A stretch of DNA of 64,000 nt from Hyaloraphidium curvatum SAG 235-1 (taxonomy: Eukaryota > Fungi > Monoblepharomycota): contig JAIVFI010000012.1 of assembly GCA_025558095.1 (NCBI GenBank), positions 1-64,000 on the forward strand. The letters are read 5' to 3'. This document shows, piece after piece, positions 1 to 10,108 of this stretch. A program made the translations under genes and the position numbers. Every line of letters begins with the position of its first letter. The stretch's first letter is position 1. A model generated the notes under the pieces. It was not told the DNA's origin and ran no database searches. It saw nothing but the letters and a program-made list of their open reading frames with translations.

Positions 1-503
1 TCGAAAGCACCCGGCCGGAGCATCTGCACGTCGTCACGGCGGAGCTTGGCCCACTTATGGCCCAGCGCCGAGACGGCGACCACGCGGGCTCGGCCGGCCA
101 GGAGGACAGGGAGAAGAGCGTGGGTCAATCGGGCGTGGCCGAGGTGGTTGGCTGAGAAGGTCTTTTCGCGGCCGGCGGCGTCGAGCTGCGGGCCCGAGCC
201 CCCGGTGGCGTCGCCGACGTGGGCCGCGTTCAGGATTAGCAGGTCGATGGCGGGGCTGCGGGCGGTGACAACGGCGGCAAAGGCGTCGACGGATGCGTCG
301 TCGCAGAGGTCCAGCTTCAGGGCTTCGGTGCCTGGCAGGGTGGCAACGGCGCAGGAGCCCTTGACCACGTCGCGGCAGCCGATGATGACCCGCCAGCCCG
401 CGCCTGCGAGCTCCTTGGCGGTAGCGAGCCCTACACCCGCGGATCCGCCGGTGATGACGGCCGTCCTGCCACGTCCGTCCGCGGCGGTCCCTTCGGTGTT
501 CAT
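1..503 (-). CDS. Short-chain dehydrogenase/reductase (retinol dehydrogenase/WWOX-like), 5' part; runs off the window
   Basis: ATG at 503 gives MNTEGTAADGRGRTAVITGGSAGVGLATAKELAGAGWRVIIGCRD...LDLCD..V..F...IDLLILNAA...TNHLGH, with the TGxxxGxG Rossmann motif. This frame is absent from the ORF track. Confidence 0.85.
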   Translation of the reverse strand, partial: MNTEGTAADGRGRTAVITGGSAGVGLATAKELAGAGWRVIIGCRDVVKGSCAVATLPGTEALKLDLCDDASVDAFAAVVTARSPAIDLLILNAAHVGDATGGSGPQLDAAGREKTFSANHLGHARLTHALLPVLLAGRARVVAVSALGHKWAKLRRDDVQMLRPGAF

Positions 504-982
504 GGGCGGGCACGGAACCATGCTCGCGGTTGGAGCGCTCTGGACTGCCGCACCCTCGGTGGCCGCCTTGCTGGCCCTTTATGTGGCGGATTCCCGCGCT
601 GCTTGCGCATTGGGCCCTGGGGTCGGGCATAGCGCGATCGGGCGCAATGGCGCGCTATCGGAGGGTCGCCGGGCCGCGGCGAAATCCCCCGCGCCCCGCC
701 GTTCCAGAGCCTCATCGCGCCCGCTTCATGTACGATGTATCCGGGTTGTCGTTCTTCCGCGTCCGCAGTCGGCTGCTCGGTCCACATTCAATCGCGGGGA
801 AATGGGTGCGATCGATCGAGCGGCACAAGCCCTCATCTCGCCGCCCGACCGACCCACCGTTCGTCTTAGGACGCGACCAGCGGCATGCAGCAGCAGCTCG
901 CTGATGGCGATTGCCACCCCTCTCCCGCATGGCCCGCTGCCCTCCGAGCCGGCAAGGGACTTCCGCTCCGAACACCACGTAA

Positions 983-2521
983 ATGATGACCCCGCAAGAG
1001 CTGCTCGCCGTGCTGCCTCGGATTTCCGAGCTCCCTCCCTCGCTCCCAGGGCTTCCCACCGAGCCCGATGCGGAGACGCGGGAGGCGCTGGAGCTCGCCC
1101 GCGCGACGCCGCCCACGCAGAGGGACCTCGTCCGTGCCGCCGCCCGCGCCTCGCGCCTCCTCGGCGCCCTCGCCAAGGTCGCGCTGCCGCTCGCCGCGCC
1201 GTCCCGCCGCTGGCTCTTCCTTCTCGGCATGTGGCTTTTCGTCCCCGGCACGGTCCTCGCCGCGGCGCTCTACCCGGTGCTGGCGGCCGGATCGCCGGAC
1301 GACCCGGTCGCCGCGTTCGGCAGTCTCCGCCTGGGGATCGGGGCCGCGGGCATCGCGTGGTTCCTCATCGGATCGCGCGCGATCATCTCCCTCGGCGACA
1401 ACTACGCCGCGAACTTCGACCTCCGGAGGCACATGCTGGCTGCCCTGGCGAGGTGGTCGGACGTCACCCTTGTCGGGGACTTGCGCGAGCCCCTGGCAAA
1501 GGCCGAGGATGGCGGAGCTTCAGACGGCGGCCTCACGGACCACGTGGAGGGCGACACCGAGTGCGCGTGCGCGCGCTGCAACGGGAGAATCGGGACCCGC
1601 GCCGTCCTGTACGTCCTAGCCGAGGCCCTCGTCAGGGGCCCCGCCGTTTCTCTGTGCTTTGTGTTCTTTCCGATGTGGACGCCGGCCTTCTCCGGCGCCC
1701 GCCTGCTTTGGACGACGTGGTGGGGCGCGCTCCTCGGCGCGTCCGCCTTTGCCGGCTTGGCCCTCAACTTCGTCCTGCTCGTTTCCTACTCGCTGCACCA
1801 CTGGAGGACGCCCATCATCGCGCTCTCGGGCCGCCTGCAGCGCCGCGCCGTTTCCCTGCGCCTCTCTGCCCTGGTTCTCCGCTACCGCGCGCTGCTTCTC
1901 CCCCCGGACGGCAGCACGGCCCCGGCGCCGGTCCCGTGCCCACCGTACGAACCCCTCCTGCGGCAGTTTTCGTACTCGTGGAACCTGGACCTGCGCGCCC
2001 GGGGCGCCACCGTGCAGCGCTTGTCCTTCATCGCCCTGCTCCTCCTCCCCCCCACCCTGGCCAACCTCGCGCTCTCGTGCATCCCGGCGTGGGAGCTCGC
2101 CGCGCTGGGCTGGTGGGCTCTGTTTGTCCTGCAGTTCCTGCTGGATGCAGCGGCGGGCAACGCGAGGATCGGGGGCGTCGAGGCGGCGATCCGCGCCGCG
2201 CGGCAGGAGATGCTTGCGCTGCTCGCCGAGGCCGCCGGGGAGGATCCCCCCGCGGAGCCAACCGCCGACGGAACCGGCCATTCCCCAGCCGACACGTCCG
2301 ACCGCGCGCGGGAACGCGCCCGCGCCGCCCTCGCCGCGCACGCGTCCCGCCTCGGCGCGTTCCTCGGCACCGCCGAGCCCGCGCGCTTCTTCGGGTTCGC
2401 GGTCGGCTACGGCACCGCGCGGACGCTGCTTGTGACGCTGCTGACGCTGGTTTTTGCCGCGTGGGGGGTGCTGAGGGCGCTGGGGGTGCGGGCGGTGCTC
2501 GAGTCGTACTGCCCGCTGTGA
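983..2521 (+). CDS. Multi-pass membrane protein, paralogue 1 of an expanded family (possible 7TM ion channel/GR-like)
   Basis: 512-aa intronless ORF with about 7 hydrophobic segments. Motifs HVEGDTECACARC, CIPAW and RFFGFAVGYG...WGVLRALGV..LESYC are shared with three other genes in the window. Confidence 0.8.
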   Translation: MMTPQELLAVLPRISELPPSLPGLPTEPDAETREALELARATPPTQRDLVRAAARASRLLGALAKVALPLAAPSRRWLFLLGMWLFVPGTVLAAALYPVLAAGSPDDPVAAFGSLRLGIGAAGIAWFLIGSRAIISLGDNYAANFDLRRHMLAALARWSDVTLVGDLREPLAKAEDGGASDGGLTDHVEGDTECACARCNGRIGTRAVLYVLAEALVRGPAVSLCFVFFPMWTPAFSGARLLWTTWWGALLGASAFAGLALNFVLLVSYSLHHWRTPIIALSGRLQRRAVSLRLSALVLRYRALLLPPDGSTAPAPVPCPPYEPLLRQFSYSWNLDLRARGATVQRLSFIALLLLPPTLANLALSCIPAWELAALGWWALFVLQFLLDAAAGNARIGGVEAAIRAARQEMLALLAEAAGEDPPAEPTADGTGHSPADTSDRARERARAALAAHASRLGAFLGTAEPARFFGFAVGYGTARTLLVTLLTLVFAAWGVLRALGVRAVLESYCPL

Positions 2522-2651
2522 GGCCTTCTGGGGGAAAGTGCGGACCGACGTCGAGACTGCTGTAAAAGAGGATGCATCTACATCGGGTGTCCGTACGTAC
2601 GAAGCTTCTGCGGAGGCTGTGCCCGCCACCTCCCCTCCCCCACGCACCGCA

Positions 2652-4097
2652 ATGTCCGCCGCCCCCGCCCCGGAGCCGGAGCCCCACAAACGCGGCTTCT
2701 TCACCGCGGAGGACTGGGCGGCCGCGTTCCCGCAGCCGTGCCCGGCGCCGCAGTCGCTGTCCGACGCGCCGCGCCCCGCCGACCCCGCCGCGGCTCGCCT
2801 TCCCGGCGTCTCAGCCGCCCCTCCCGACGCGGCAGCTCGCGGGCGGCTTCGCCGTCCTGGCCTTTGCCTGCGCCGCGGACCCCTTCGTCTGGCTCGGCGG
2901 GCAGATGTCGCTGAACCGCAGCCTGGGCACGTTCGTCGGCACGGTGATCTTCTTGCGCAGCGTCGCTTCCTTCTGGATCCGGCCCGCGGTGGGCGCCCGG
3001 TACATGGCCGCCGGCTTCCTGCGGCAGCTCGCCCTGCTGCCCGCCTGGTTCCGCAGTGTCGGCCCCCCGGGCGGCTCGGGCCTCCTCCCCGGCAGCTTGC
3101 TCGGCCACGAGGAGGGCGACGACGAGTGCCCGTGCTCCGGCCCGGGATGCTGCGGCGGGCTGCTGCATGCGGCCCCGGTACAGTGGCTCGGCGCGCGGTG
3201 CCTCTATGCGTTCCTGTTCACCGTCGCGGGTGTGATGCTCCTCTGGACGCCGCTCTTTGCAGCGCCCGAGATCTGGGCGCACTGGTGGAGCATTCTTCTG
3301 GCGGTGCTCGCATGTGCCCTCATCCCGACCGTGGCTCTGGAGCCCTTCACCGTCCAGCAGGCCGACTTTACCCTCGTCAAGATCGAGGGCCGCGTCCGCA
3401 GGAGGCTGCTCCGCCGCGCCCTCGGCGCCCTCCTCGCCCGCGCGCGCCGCGCCAACGTCGACAAGGCACCCTTCCCCGCTCCCGGCGACCTCTGGGGCTC
3501 CGCGGAACCCTACATGCAGTTCCACGCCGAGCTGCGCCCCCGCTGGCGCCTCGAGTTTGCCTTCTTCAGCCTCTCCCACATCTTCCCCGTCTTCATCGGC
3601 CTGTACACCGCACTGGTGGCTCTCAGCATCGTGAGCTGCCCCACCACCGCATCGCCGCGACGCCGACTGACCGCCCCGCCCGTTCCCCGCAGGCCATCGG
3701 CGGCTGCGTCCCGGCATGGACCGTCGCCTTCCTCGCCTACTACCTCGCGCGCCTCCTCGTGGACCTGTGGTCCGCCGCCGCGGCCAACCGCGAGATCGCC
3801 CTCGCGGGGAAGCTCTACTCCCTCGCCCTCTCCGAGACCAGGGAGCTCCTCGTGCTCGCGCAGCCCCCCGACGCGCCGCAGCTCCCCCCCGCGGCGCACC
3901 TCGCCGCGCACGCGGGGTTCCTCGCGCGGTGCGTGGCGGAATCCTCGCGGGCACGGAGGAAGTTCCTGGGGTTCGAGGTCGGCTACGGGAACCTGAGGGC
4001 GCTCTTGGTGTCGCTGGCGACCGTTGCGTTCGCGGCGTGGGGGGCCGCGAGGGGGTTCGGGGTCGCGGTGGTTCTGGGGAGCGTGTGCCCGGGGTAA
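2652..4097 (+). CDS. Multi-pass membrane protein, paralogue 2 (intron 3631-3692; frame change near 2740-2830)
   Basis: Motifs FFTAEDWAAAFP, HEEGDDECPCSGPGC, CVPAW and KFLGFEVGYG...WGAARGFGV..LGSVC. The GT-AG intron 3631-3692 joins the frames. The N-terminal segment lies in a different frame from the TM core (unrecognised intron or frameshift). Confidence 0.7.
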   Translation: MSAAPAPEPEPHKRGFFTAEDWAAAFPQPCPAPQSLSDAPRPADPAAARLPGVSAAPPDAAARGRLRRPGLCLRRGPLRLARRADVAEPQPGHVRRHGDLLAQRRFLLDPARGGRPVHGRRLPAAARPAARLVPQCRPPGRLGPPPRQLARPRGGRRRVPVLRPGMLRRAAACGPGTVARRAVPLCVPVHRRGCDAPLDAALCSARDLGALVEHSSGGARMCPHPDRGSGALHRPAGRLYPRQDRGPRPQEAAPPRPRRPPRPRAPRQRRQGTLPRSRRPLGLRGTLHAVPRRAAPPLAPRVCLLQPLPHLPRLHRPVHRTGGSQHRELPHHRIAATPTDRPARSPQAIGGCVPAWTVAFLAYYLARLLVDLWSAAAANREIALAGKLYSLALSETRELLVLAQPPDAPQLPPAAHLAAHAGFLARCVAESSRARRKFLGFEVGYGNLRALLVSLATVAFAAWGAARGFGVAVVLGSVCPG

Positions 4098-4182
4098 CCG
4101 GCCGCCGGGACAGGGGATCCTTGGCCCGCGGACAGCTCGCACCGTCGACCATGTCATTTGAGGATCCCCGCGTTACAGGGAT

Positions 4183-4662
4183 CTAGTACGCGCACCACAG
4201 CCCGTTGCCCTCGGGACACGCCGTGTGGTCCGGCCCGAACCCCTCGTACGTCTTCAGCGGCCGCTGCGGACACCTTGCCGGCGCCGCATCGGTCGCGCAC
4301 CCCCGGTAGAACCACTTGGCGTGCCCCGGCAGGATCCCGTCCGGCAGCTGGCCCGGGTAGAACCCCGCCGCGGGGTCGACGAACGAGCCGCACCAGAACC
4401 CCCGCGCCGTGCCGCAATCCGCCGAGCTGCCGGCCGCAAAGTCCCCCGAGAACCACGGCGCCGCGGTTTGGCAGGCCGCGTTGATGTTGTGGTCGCGGGG
4501 CATGCAGCCGCCGCAGACCCATTCGACGTTGGGAGGGGGGCGGATTGGCGGGCCCGCGGCCGGAGACGGGGAAGGCGTGGGGCCGGCCAGGGGGGCTGCG
4601 GCGCTGCCGGTGGCCGCGGCGGCCAAGGCGGCGAGGCCCACGAGGACGGTGGGCACCTTCAT
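4183..4662 (-). CDS. Small secreted cysteine-rich protein A (159 aa)
   Basis: Signal peptide MKVPTVLVGLAALAAAATG, Pro-rich linker, then a Cys/Trp/Gly domain. Aligns by eye with 5139-5663. Confidence 0.8.
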   Translation of the reverse strand: MKVPTVLVGLAALAAAATGSAAAPLAGPTPSPSPAAGPPIRPPPNVEWVCGGCMPRDHNINAACQTAAPWFSGDFAAGSSADCGTARGFWCGSFVDPAAGFYPGQLPDGILPGHAKWFYRGCATDAAPARCPQRPLKTYEGFGPDHTACPEGNGLWCAY

Positions 4663-5138
4663 GGCGGCGGAAGTCCTGTTCCGCTGGTTCGACGGTTTCG
4701 GGTTCGAGCCGAGTCTTCCAACGCCGCTGCTGCCAAAGGTCCAATACGTTGGTGATCTTTGCTCTTCAGCCTTGCTGCAAGAAGCTACGCCGGTGGCCTG
4801 GAACCGGGGCTTGGCTCGGTGTGGAAGGTCGGTCCGCGGCGAAGCGGCTCCGCCTCGGGTCCAGACCCCGAGCGCCCGAACTCGGCCGCGAGCTGAAGGT
4901 CGTGCAACCGAAGGACTGGGCCTACACGATGCATGAAACGGTGCCCCACGGTCTCCCGGACCGCGTTCTCCTGTCGCCGCCTTGGAATCGCACGGGGAGC
5001 ACGGCCTCTGGTCCTGCTGTCCAGGCGGTCTTCTCGGCTGTGGCAGGGCAGGGACGCCCCGACGCAAATTCTGCGGAAACCCCTCTTCCATAGCGATAAA
5101 CGGGTCCCGTCAGCACGCAGCGCCCCCACCCGCCCGAC

Positions 5139-5663
5139 ATGAAGCTTCCAATTGGCATGTATTCGCTGCTCGCCGCCCTCGCGGCCATCGCTACCCTTGC
5201 CGCCGGCGCGTCCGCCGTCCCGGTCTCCGCCGCCAACGAGACGCCCGTCCATCCCAACCCGCATCCCCGCGCTGCCCTCGCCTGGTCCCCGCCCCAGCCC
5301 GCGCCGCTCAACGTCCAATGGACCTTCTCGGGCTGCTACACCGTGGGCGTGAACACCAACCAGGCCTGCTACCAATCCACAGCGGACCGCTTCTCGGGGG
5401 ACTGGTCCCCCGCGCTCACCCCCGAGGGTGGCGATTGCCCCGCGGCCCAGATCGGCATCTGGTGCGGGAAGTTCGTCGACCCCGCGCACACATACTACCC
5501 CGGCAACGACCCGGCCAACGTCCTCCCCACGAGCTTCGAAAAATGGACCTGGATGGGGTGCATCACGGAGCCATGCTTCAGCGGCACGCGGTATCTGACG
5601 GGAGCGCCGCAGCCGGACGGCACGCCGTGCCGGGGGCCGCCGGGACTGTGGTGCGCAAGCTAA
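5139..5663 (+). CDS. Small secreted cysteine-rich protein B (174 aa), paralogue of A
   Basis: Signal peptide MKLPIGMYSLLAALAAIATLAAGASA. Shares NVxW..GC, N.AC, FSGD, WCG.FVDPA..YPG, KW..GC and GLWCA with A. Confidence 0.8.
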   Translation: MKLPIGMYSLLAALAAIATLAAGASAVPVSAANETPVHPNPHPRAALAWSPPQPAPLNVQWTFSGCYTVGVNTNQACYQSTADRFSGDWSPALTPEGGDCPAAQIGIWCGKFVDPAHTYYPGNDPANVLPTSFEKWTWMGCITEPCFSGTRYLTGAPQPDGTPCRGPPGLWCAS

Positions 5664-5970
5664 GACCTCGGAGGTGTACCAGGGCGAGACCAACACCCAG
5701 GAAGACGCATCACTTCCATATGAACAAACAAAGAGACGCCAGTCAATTGCTGTACCCTCTCCATTTCCCGGCGGGAGACGGCCGACGTCGCGCGAAGGCG
5801 GGGGATCCTGCAGGTCCCTGGCGGCGCAACTCGCACGCAACACCATCCCACCGTTCGCCAACCATCGCCGCCCCGGGACACCACCGCGTGAGCGCCCTCC
5901 GCGCCGCGTCCGCGACCCCGCCGACGCTCCCCTGCCCCCCGCAGCGCCCCGTCTCCGACCAGCGCCCGCC

Positions 5971-6198
5971 ATGCCCGACGTCGTCGTAAAGAACTGGGGC
6001 AGCGACCGCTTGAAGGCAACCATTGCCGTCTCCAAGGCGTACGGCGTCGATCTGAAGGAAGCCAAGCACCGTCTTGACGACATGTCGTTCCCGCACACGT
6101 TCAAGAGCGACATCTCCCGCGCCGAGGCGGAGAACATCGCGAGGGACCTGCTTGCCAACGGGGCCGTCGCGGAGGCCGTCGGGTACGACGAGGAGTAG
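5971..6198 (+). CDS. Stand-alone ribosomal protein L7/L12 C-terminal-domain-like protein (75 aa)
   Basis: VVVKNWGSDRLKATIAVSKAYGVDLKEAKHRLDD..P.TFKSDISRAEAENIARDLLANGAVAE resembles the bL12 CTD pattern (GLKEAK, vSkeEAe.i...L...GA.ve). ATG is in a GCC-ATG context. Confidence 0.65.
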   Translation: MPDVVVKNWGSDRLKATIAVSKAYGVDLKEAKHRLDDMSFPHTFKSDISRAEAENIARDLLANGAVAEAVGYDEE

Positions 6199-6380
6199 GA
6201 TCGTGTCGGCGAGGAGAGCTGTCGGAGGCAGGCGCCATCAAGGCGACGACAAGCTGCAAGAGACGTTGCCGATTTGAAGTACATGTTCTGTTTTTCCCCA
6301 CTCTCATGATCGCCCCCGCCGGGCGCTCGCAGAAGTCCCATCCTGACTGTCCCGTTCCCCCAGCCAATCCCGCCTTCGGT

Positions 6381-9300
6381 TCAGTGCCGCGAGACGCCGT
6401 TGGCCCTCGCCGGCTCGGCCGCCACCGCTGCCCCCGTCACCCCCGCCGGCTCCCCGATCGCCGCGAGGTTCTCCTTGGACAGCTCCTTGACGTCCTCCAC
6501 CAGATCCTGCGCCAGCGCCACCACCTCGGGATCCTTGCCCGGCCCCGCAACCGGCAGCTCGATCTCGTTCAGCGCCTTCTCCTTGGGCGTAAGGGCGGTG
6601 AGCAGCTCCGGCCCGCCCTCCTCCTCCTCGTCGGGATGCCCGCGCTCGCTCGCCGCGTCGACCCCGCTGACGCTCAGCCCGTCCTCGTCGGCCCGCTCGC
6701 GCGCGTACTGCGCGTCCTCCTCGGCCAGAACCTCGTCGGGGATCGCGCCGGGGTAGTGCCGCCGCACGGCGAGCCACCGCATCTTCTGGTACTCGATGCC
6801 CATGCGCTTCCAGTCGAGGAGGTACGAGAGGCGCTCGGTGCGGTTGCGCTGGTTGATGCGCTGGCGGCGGGTCTTTTGGCAGAACTCCATCATGAAGCCT
6901 GGTGGGGCACGGCGATCAGCGGTGTCAGGCGGGCCGGGCGAGGGAGGCACTCACCGACGAGCTGCTCGACCGACTCTTCGGGGGATTTGAACCGGCGGTC
7001 GACGATGTAGATTCCTGTGGGCGCAACCGTGCAAGAACCGTCGTCAGAACAGCGGCGCGTCCCGACCCGTTGCCCGTGTCCGCCCACCGTAATCGCTCGG
7101 GTGCGAAATCAGCTGTTCCATGTAGTTGCCGAACCCGGACAGGTTCGAGGTGATGCTGGGCACGCCCATGACAGTGCACTCGGCGGGCGTGTAGCCCCTG
7201 TGGATGGCACGACCAGTTCAGCGGCCGTTGGGAACGGAGCGGACGGCCGCGGCCACCCACCAAGGCTCGTAGTAGGACGGGAACACGCCCAGGTGCGTCC
7301 CCCTCACGAAGTCGTCGTAGTCCATCGGCAGCACGGGGTTGTTGGAGTTGAGGAACTCGGGGTGGTAGATGACCTTGACCCTGTCCCACGAGTTGTTGAA
7401 CAGCTGGCACTGCCTGATCTGGTTCAGCACGGGGTCCTTTCCGTCGTCCACCATGTTGTGCGTCACGATCGGGGGCATCGAGTCCCGCTTGAGGGCAAAG
7501 ATGCGGCGCTTGAGGAGGACGAGGTCGTCGTCCGTGAGGAGCTCGCCCGGCTCGGGCATGGAGCGGCGCGCGGCCGTCTCGAGGATGCGCCGGCCGACGT
7601 CCTTGGAGATCTGCTCCACGGTTTCCTTGAGCTGCTTCATGACCGCCTGGCCCTTGAGCGCCTCGACGCCGAAGCCGCGGGTGGGGGCCGAGGTGACGAT
7701 GAAGGCGACCACCGTCATGGGCGAGCCCATGTTCTTGAGCCGCGCGTTGAGGCCTGGACGCCACTGGGGATCAGCTTCGTCCGGCGCGGCGCAGCAAACG
7801 CGAGACACCCACGCGCCAGCGCCTCGATGTACATGTCCAGCCCCTTGTTCCGGTGCTCCAGCCGCCCCGCGGTGAAGAAGTACAGCGTGTTGTCGAGGTC
7901 AAAGTCGTAGTGGCCGTACCAGTGCGCGCGGACGAACTCGTGGATGCGGTCCTTGGCCCGCGCGTGCAGGTTCTGGAACTCGTGCATGGCCTGGAACTTC
8001 TTGACGTTGAGGCCGTTGGGCACGATGCCGTCTGTTGATATCCCCGAGGGCGTTGAGTTGAGGTCAGCGGCAGCCAACCCTCCCGGCGCGTCGGACACCC
8101 ACCCGGCTTGCGCTTGAGCAGGTACTCTGCCTCGTACCCCGTGATCCCCGACACGGTGGCAAACACGGTCGACGCGTGTGCCGCCCCCCTCTCGATGCAG
8201 TACCGCTGGTAGATCTGCCTCCTCCCCGCCTCGTTGTCGCAGTCGAAGTAGGGCACGTTGTTGTAGAAGTCCTCCGCCCCCGCGCAGAGGTACCTCCCCA
8301 GCAGGGTGGCGTGGGTGATGAAGACCGTCGCCACGTCGATGCCCTTCTTCTGCACGAGGATGAGGCCGACGCCGACGAGCCACTCGTGGAACATGGCGAT
8401 GACCAGCGGGCGGCCGGGCTCGCCGGTGGGAGGCACGTTGCCGGCAAAGGTCGAGTAGACGGGGTGCAGCGCCGAGACGGTGGGGTTCTCGGGGTCCATG
8501 GGCAAGGTGTGGTGGTGCGCTGGGGGGGTGAGCCAGAAGTCCGACGCGACGGGCTTGGAGGACTTGAGGCGGTGCGTGAACTGGACATGGGGGGGAATGA
8601 CAATGGCGAAGTCGGGGGAAAGGACGAAGGCGAATGGCAGGCGGGTGGCGCGGAGGGGAAGAAAGCGGTCAGCATCGGCCGCGGTAGACAGTGCCGCGCT
8701 CGACCCACTTCACCCAGGAACCACTGGACGAGGTAGCCGAAGATGATGGCCTCGTCCGTCTCGAAATCGTCCGGCGGCGCCGGGATCTGGCTCGACAGCC
8801 AGAGATCCGTCTTCCAGTCCCCCAGCCACTTGCGCGCGCTCCCCAGGTCGAACAGCAGCACGCTCGGGCTCCCCTCCACGAGCCACTTGCCGTAGACCAC
8901 GTGCACGCCGGCCTGCCGCATGGTGTCGATGGCCTCCTTCATCGGCCGCGAGGGCGGCTCGTGGATGGGCTCGACCTCGACCTGGGCCTTGGCGTGGGCG
9001 TACGGGCCGATGAGGCAGTAGCGCTCGCCGTACTCGGCGACGGTGAAGGGGACCTTGGTCTTGATGACGGTGTAGATGCCGCCGACTGGTTGGCGTGGGG
9101 TTGGAGGGGATCAGGGCGATGAGGGGGTGGAGGGGCGGGTCGAGAGGGCCATCAAGCGGACCCAGTGTCATGAATGACAGTGTAGGACATGGGAGGAGGG
9201 CGAGATTGGTCAGTCAGGGTCCCCGGGTGGGCCACCAGAGGCAGCGGACGCGTCGCGGGCCAACGCGTCCGTGCGCCACGCACCCTTGTTCGCGACCTCC

Positions 9301-9468
9301 CAGCTATCACCCCCAACATGAAGACGTCAAATGAGCTCAGCAGGAGGGGCGGGGCCGGAAAGGAGAGACCCACGCGATCTCGAACAGCATGGGCAGCGAG
9401 TAGTCCGGCGGCGCCTGCGGGTTCGGCATCTGGTAGCTGATGGACCCGCGGTGGCCGCGGCCCGACAT
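6381..9468 (-). CDS. GSY: Glycogen synthase (GT3, fungal/animal type), multi-exon
   Basis: Spliced motifs [22 protein letters not shown] (20-nt micro-exon 9284-9303), [54 protein letters not shown] and the Arg cluster [15 protein letters not shown]. Confidence 0.95.
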
Positions 9469-10108
9469 GGCGGCGTCTCAGAAGGCGGAGGGGGCGGGTG
9501 TGGGTGTTGCGGGCCGGCGATGCCGGGAGGTGGCGGTCGCGGGGGGGACGGCGTCCGGGCCGCGGGCGGGCGCTATCCCGCGCTGCGGTCCTCGCGGCGC
9601 GGTCTAAGAGGCGCCGGCCGTCTGCTGCCGGGAAGCGGCGGCGGTGCGGCGGTGATGGGCCGGCACGGAGTTGGGAGTTGGCGCTCAGGGCTCGGGGCTG
9701 TTCGCGCTCATGGGAAGCCAAGGGTCCCGGTGCTTCGGCCGCTCGTCTCCCAGCGGGATGCCGGGATCACCGTCGCGTCAACGAATCAGGCGTAGTAGAT
9801 CCCGCTCGTTCCGGAGGATGGACGTGGAATCCGGTGGCGCCGGGCGAGAGATGGACCTGCGATCCCGAACCTCCTCCTCGAAGACCGCAAATGGGCGACA
9901 CTTCATACAATGGATCCATTCAAAGGCCAACAAGATCCTCGTGATGGCTTTTTGGCTCCTTCTTGGTCTCGCATGTCTTGGTAAACGGGCGTCCAACATC
10001 AGTGGCCCCCCGGGCGAGTCCGCGTTCACCGCATTCCATATACATACAAAGTTTGATTGACTGCGGATAAGCAGACTAGATATTATCCGATCCGCAAACG
10101 CGGGACGA

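Noticed and set aside
46-2565. 839-aa ORF and many other long Arg/Pro/Gly-rich ORFs (e.g. 17083-19347, 30194-32593, 40433-42079)
   Set aside because: Shadow frames produced by high GC. They overlap genes with recognisable motifs in other frames or strands.
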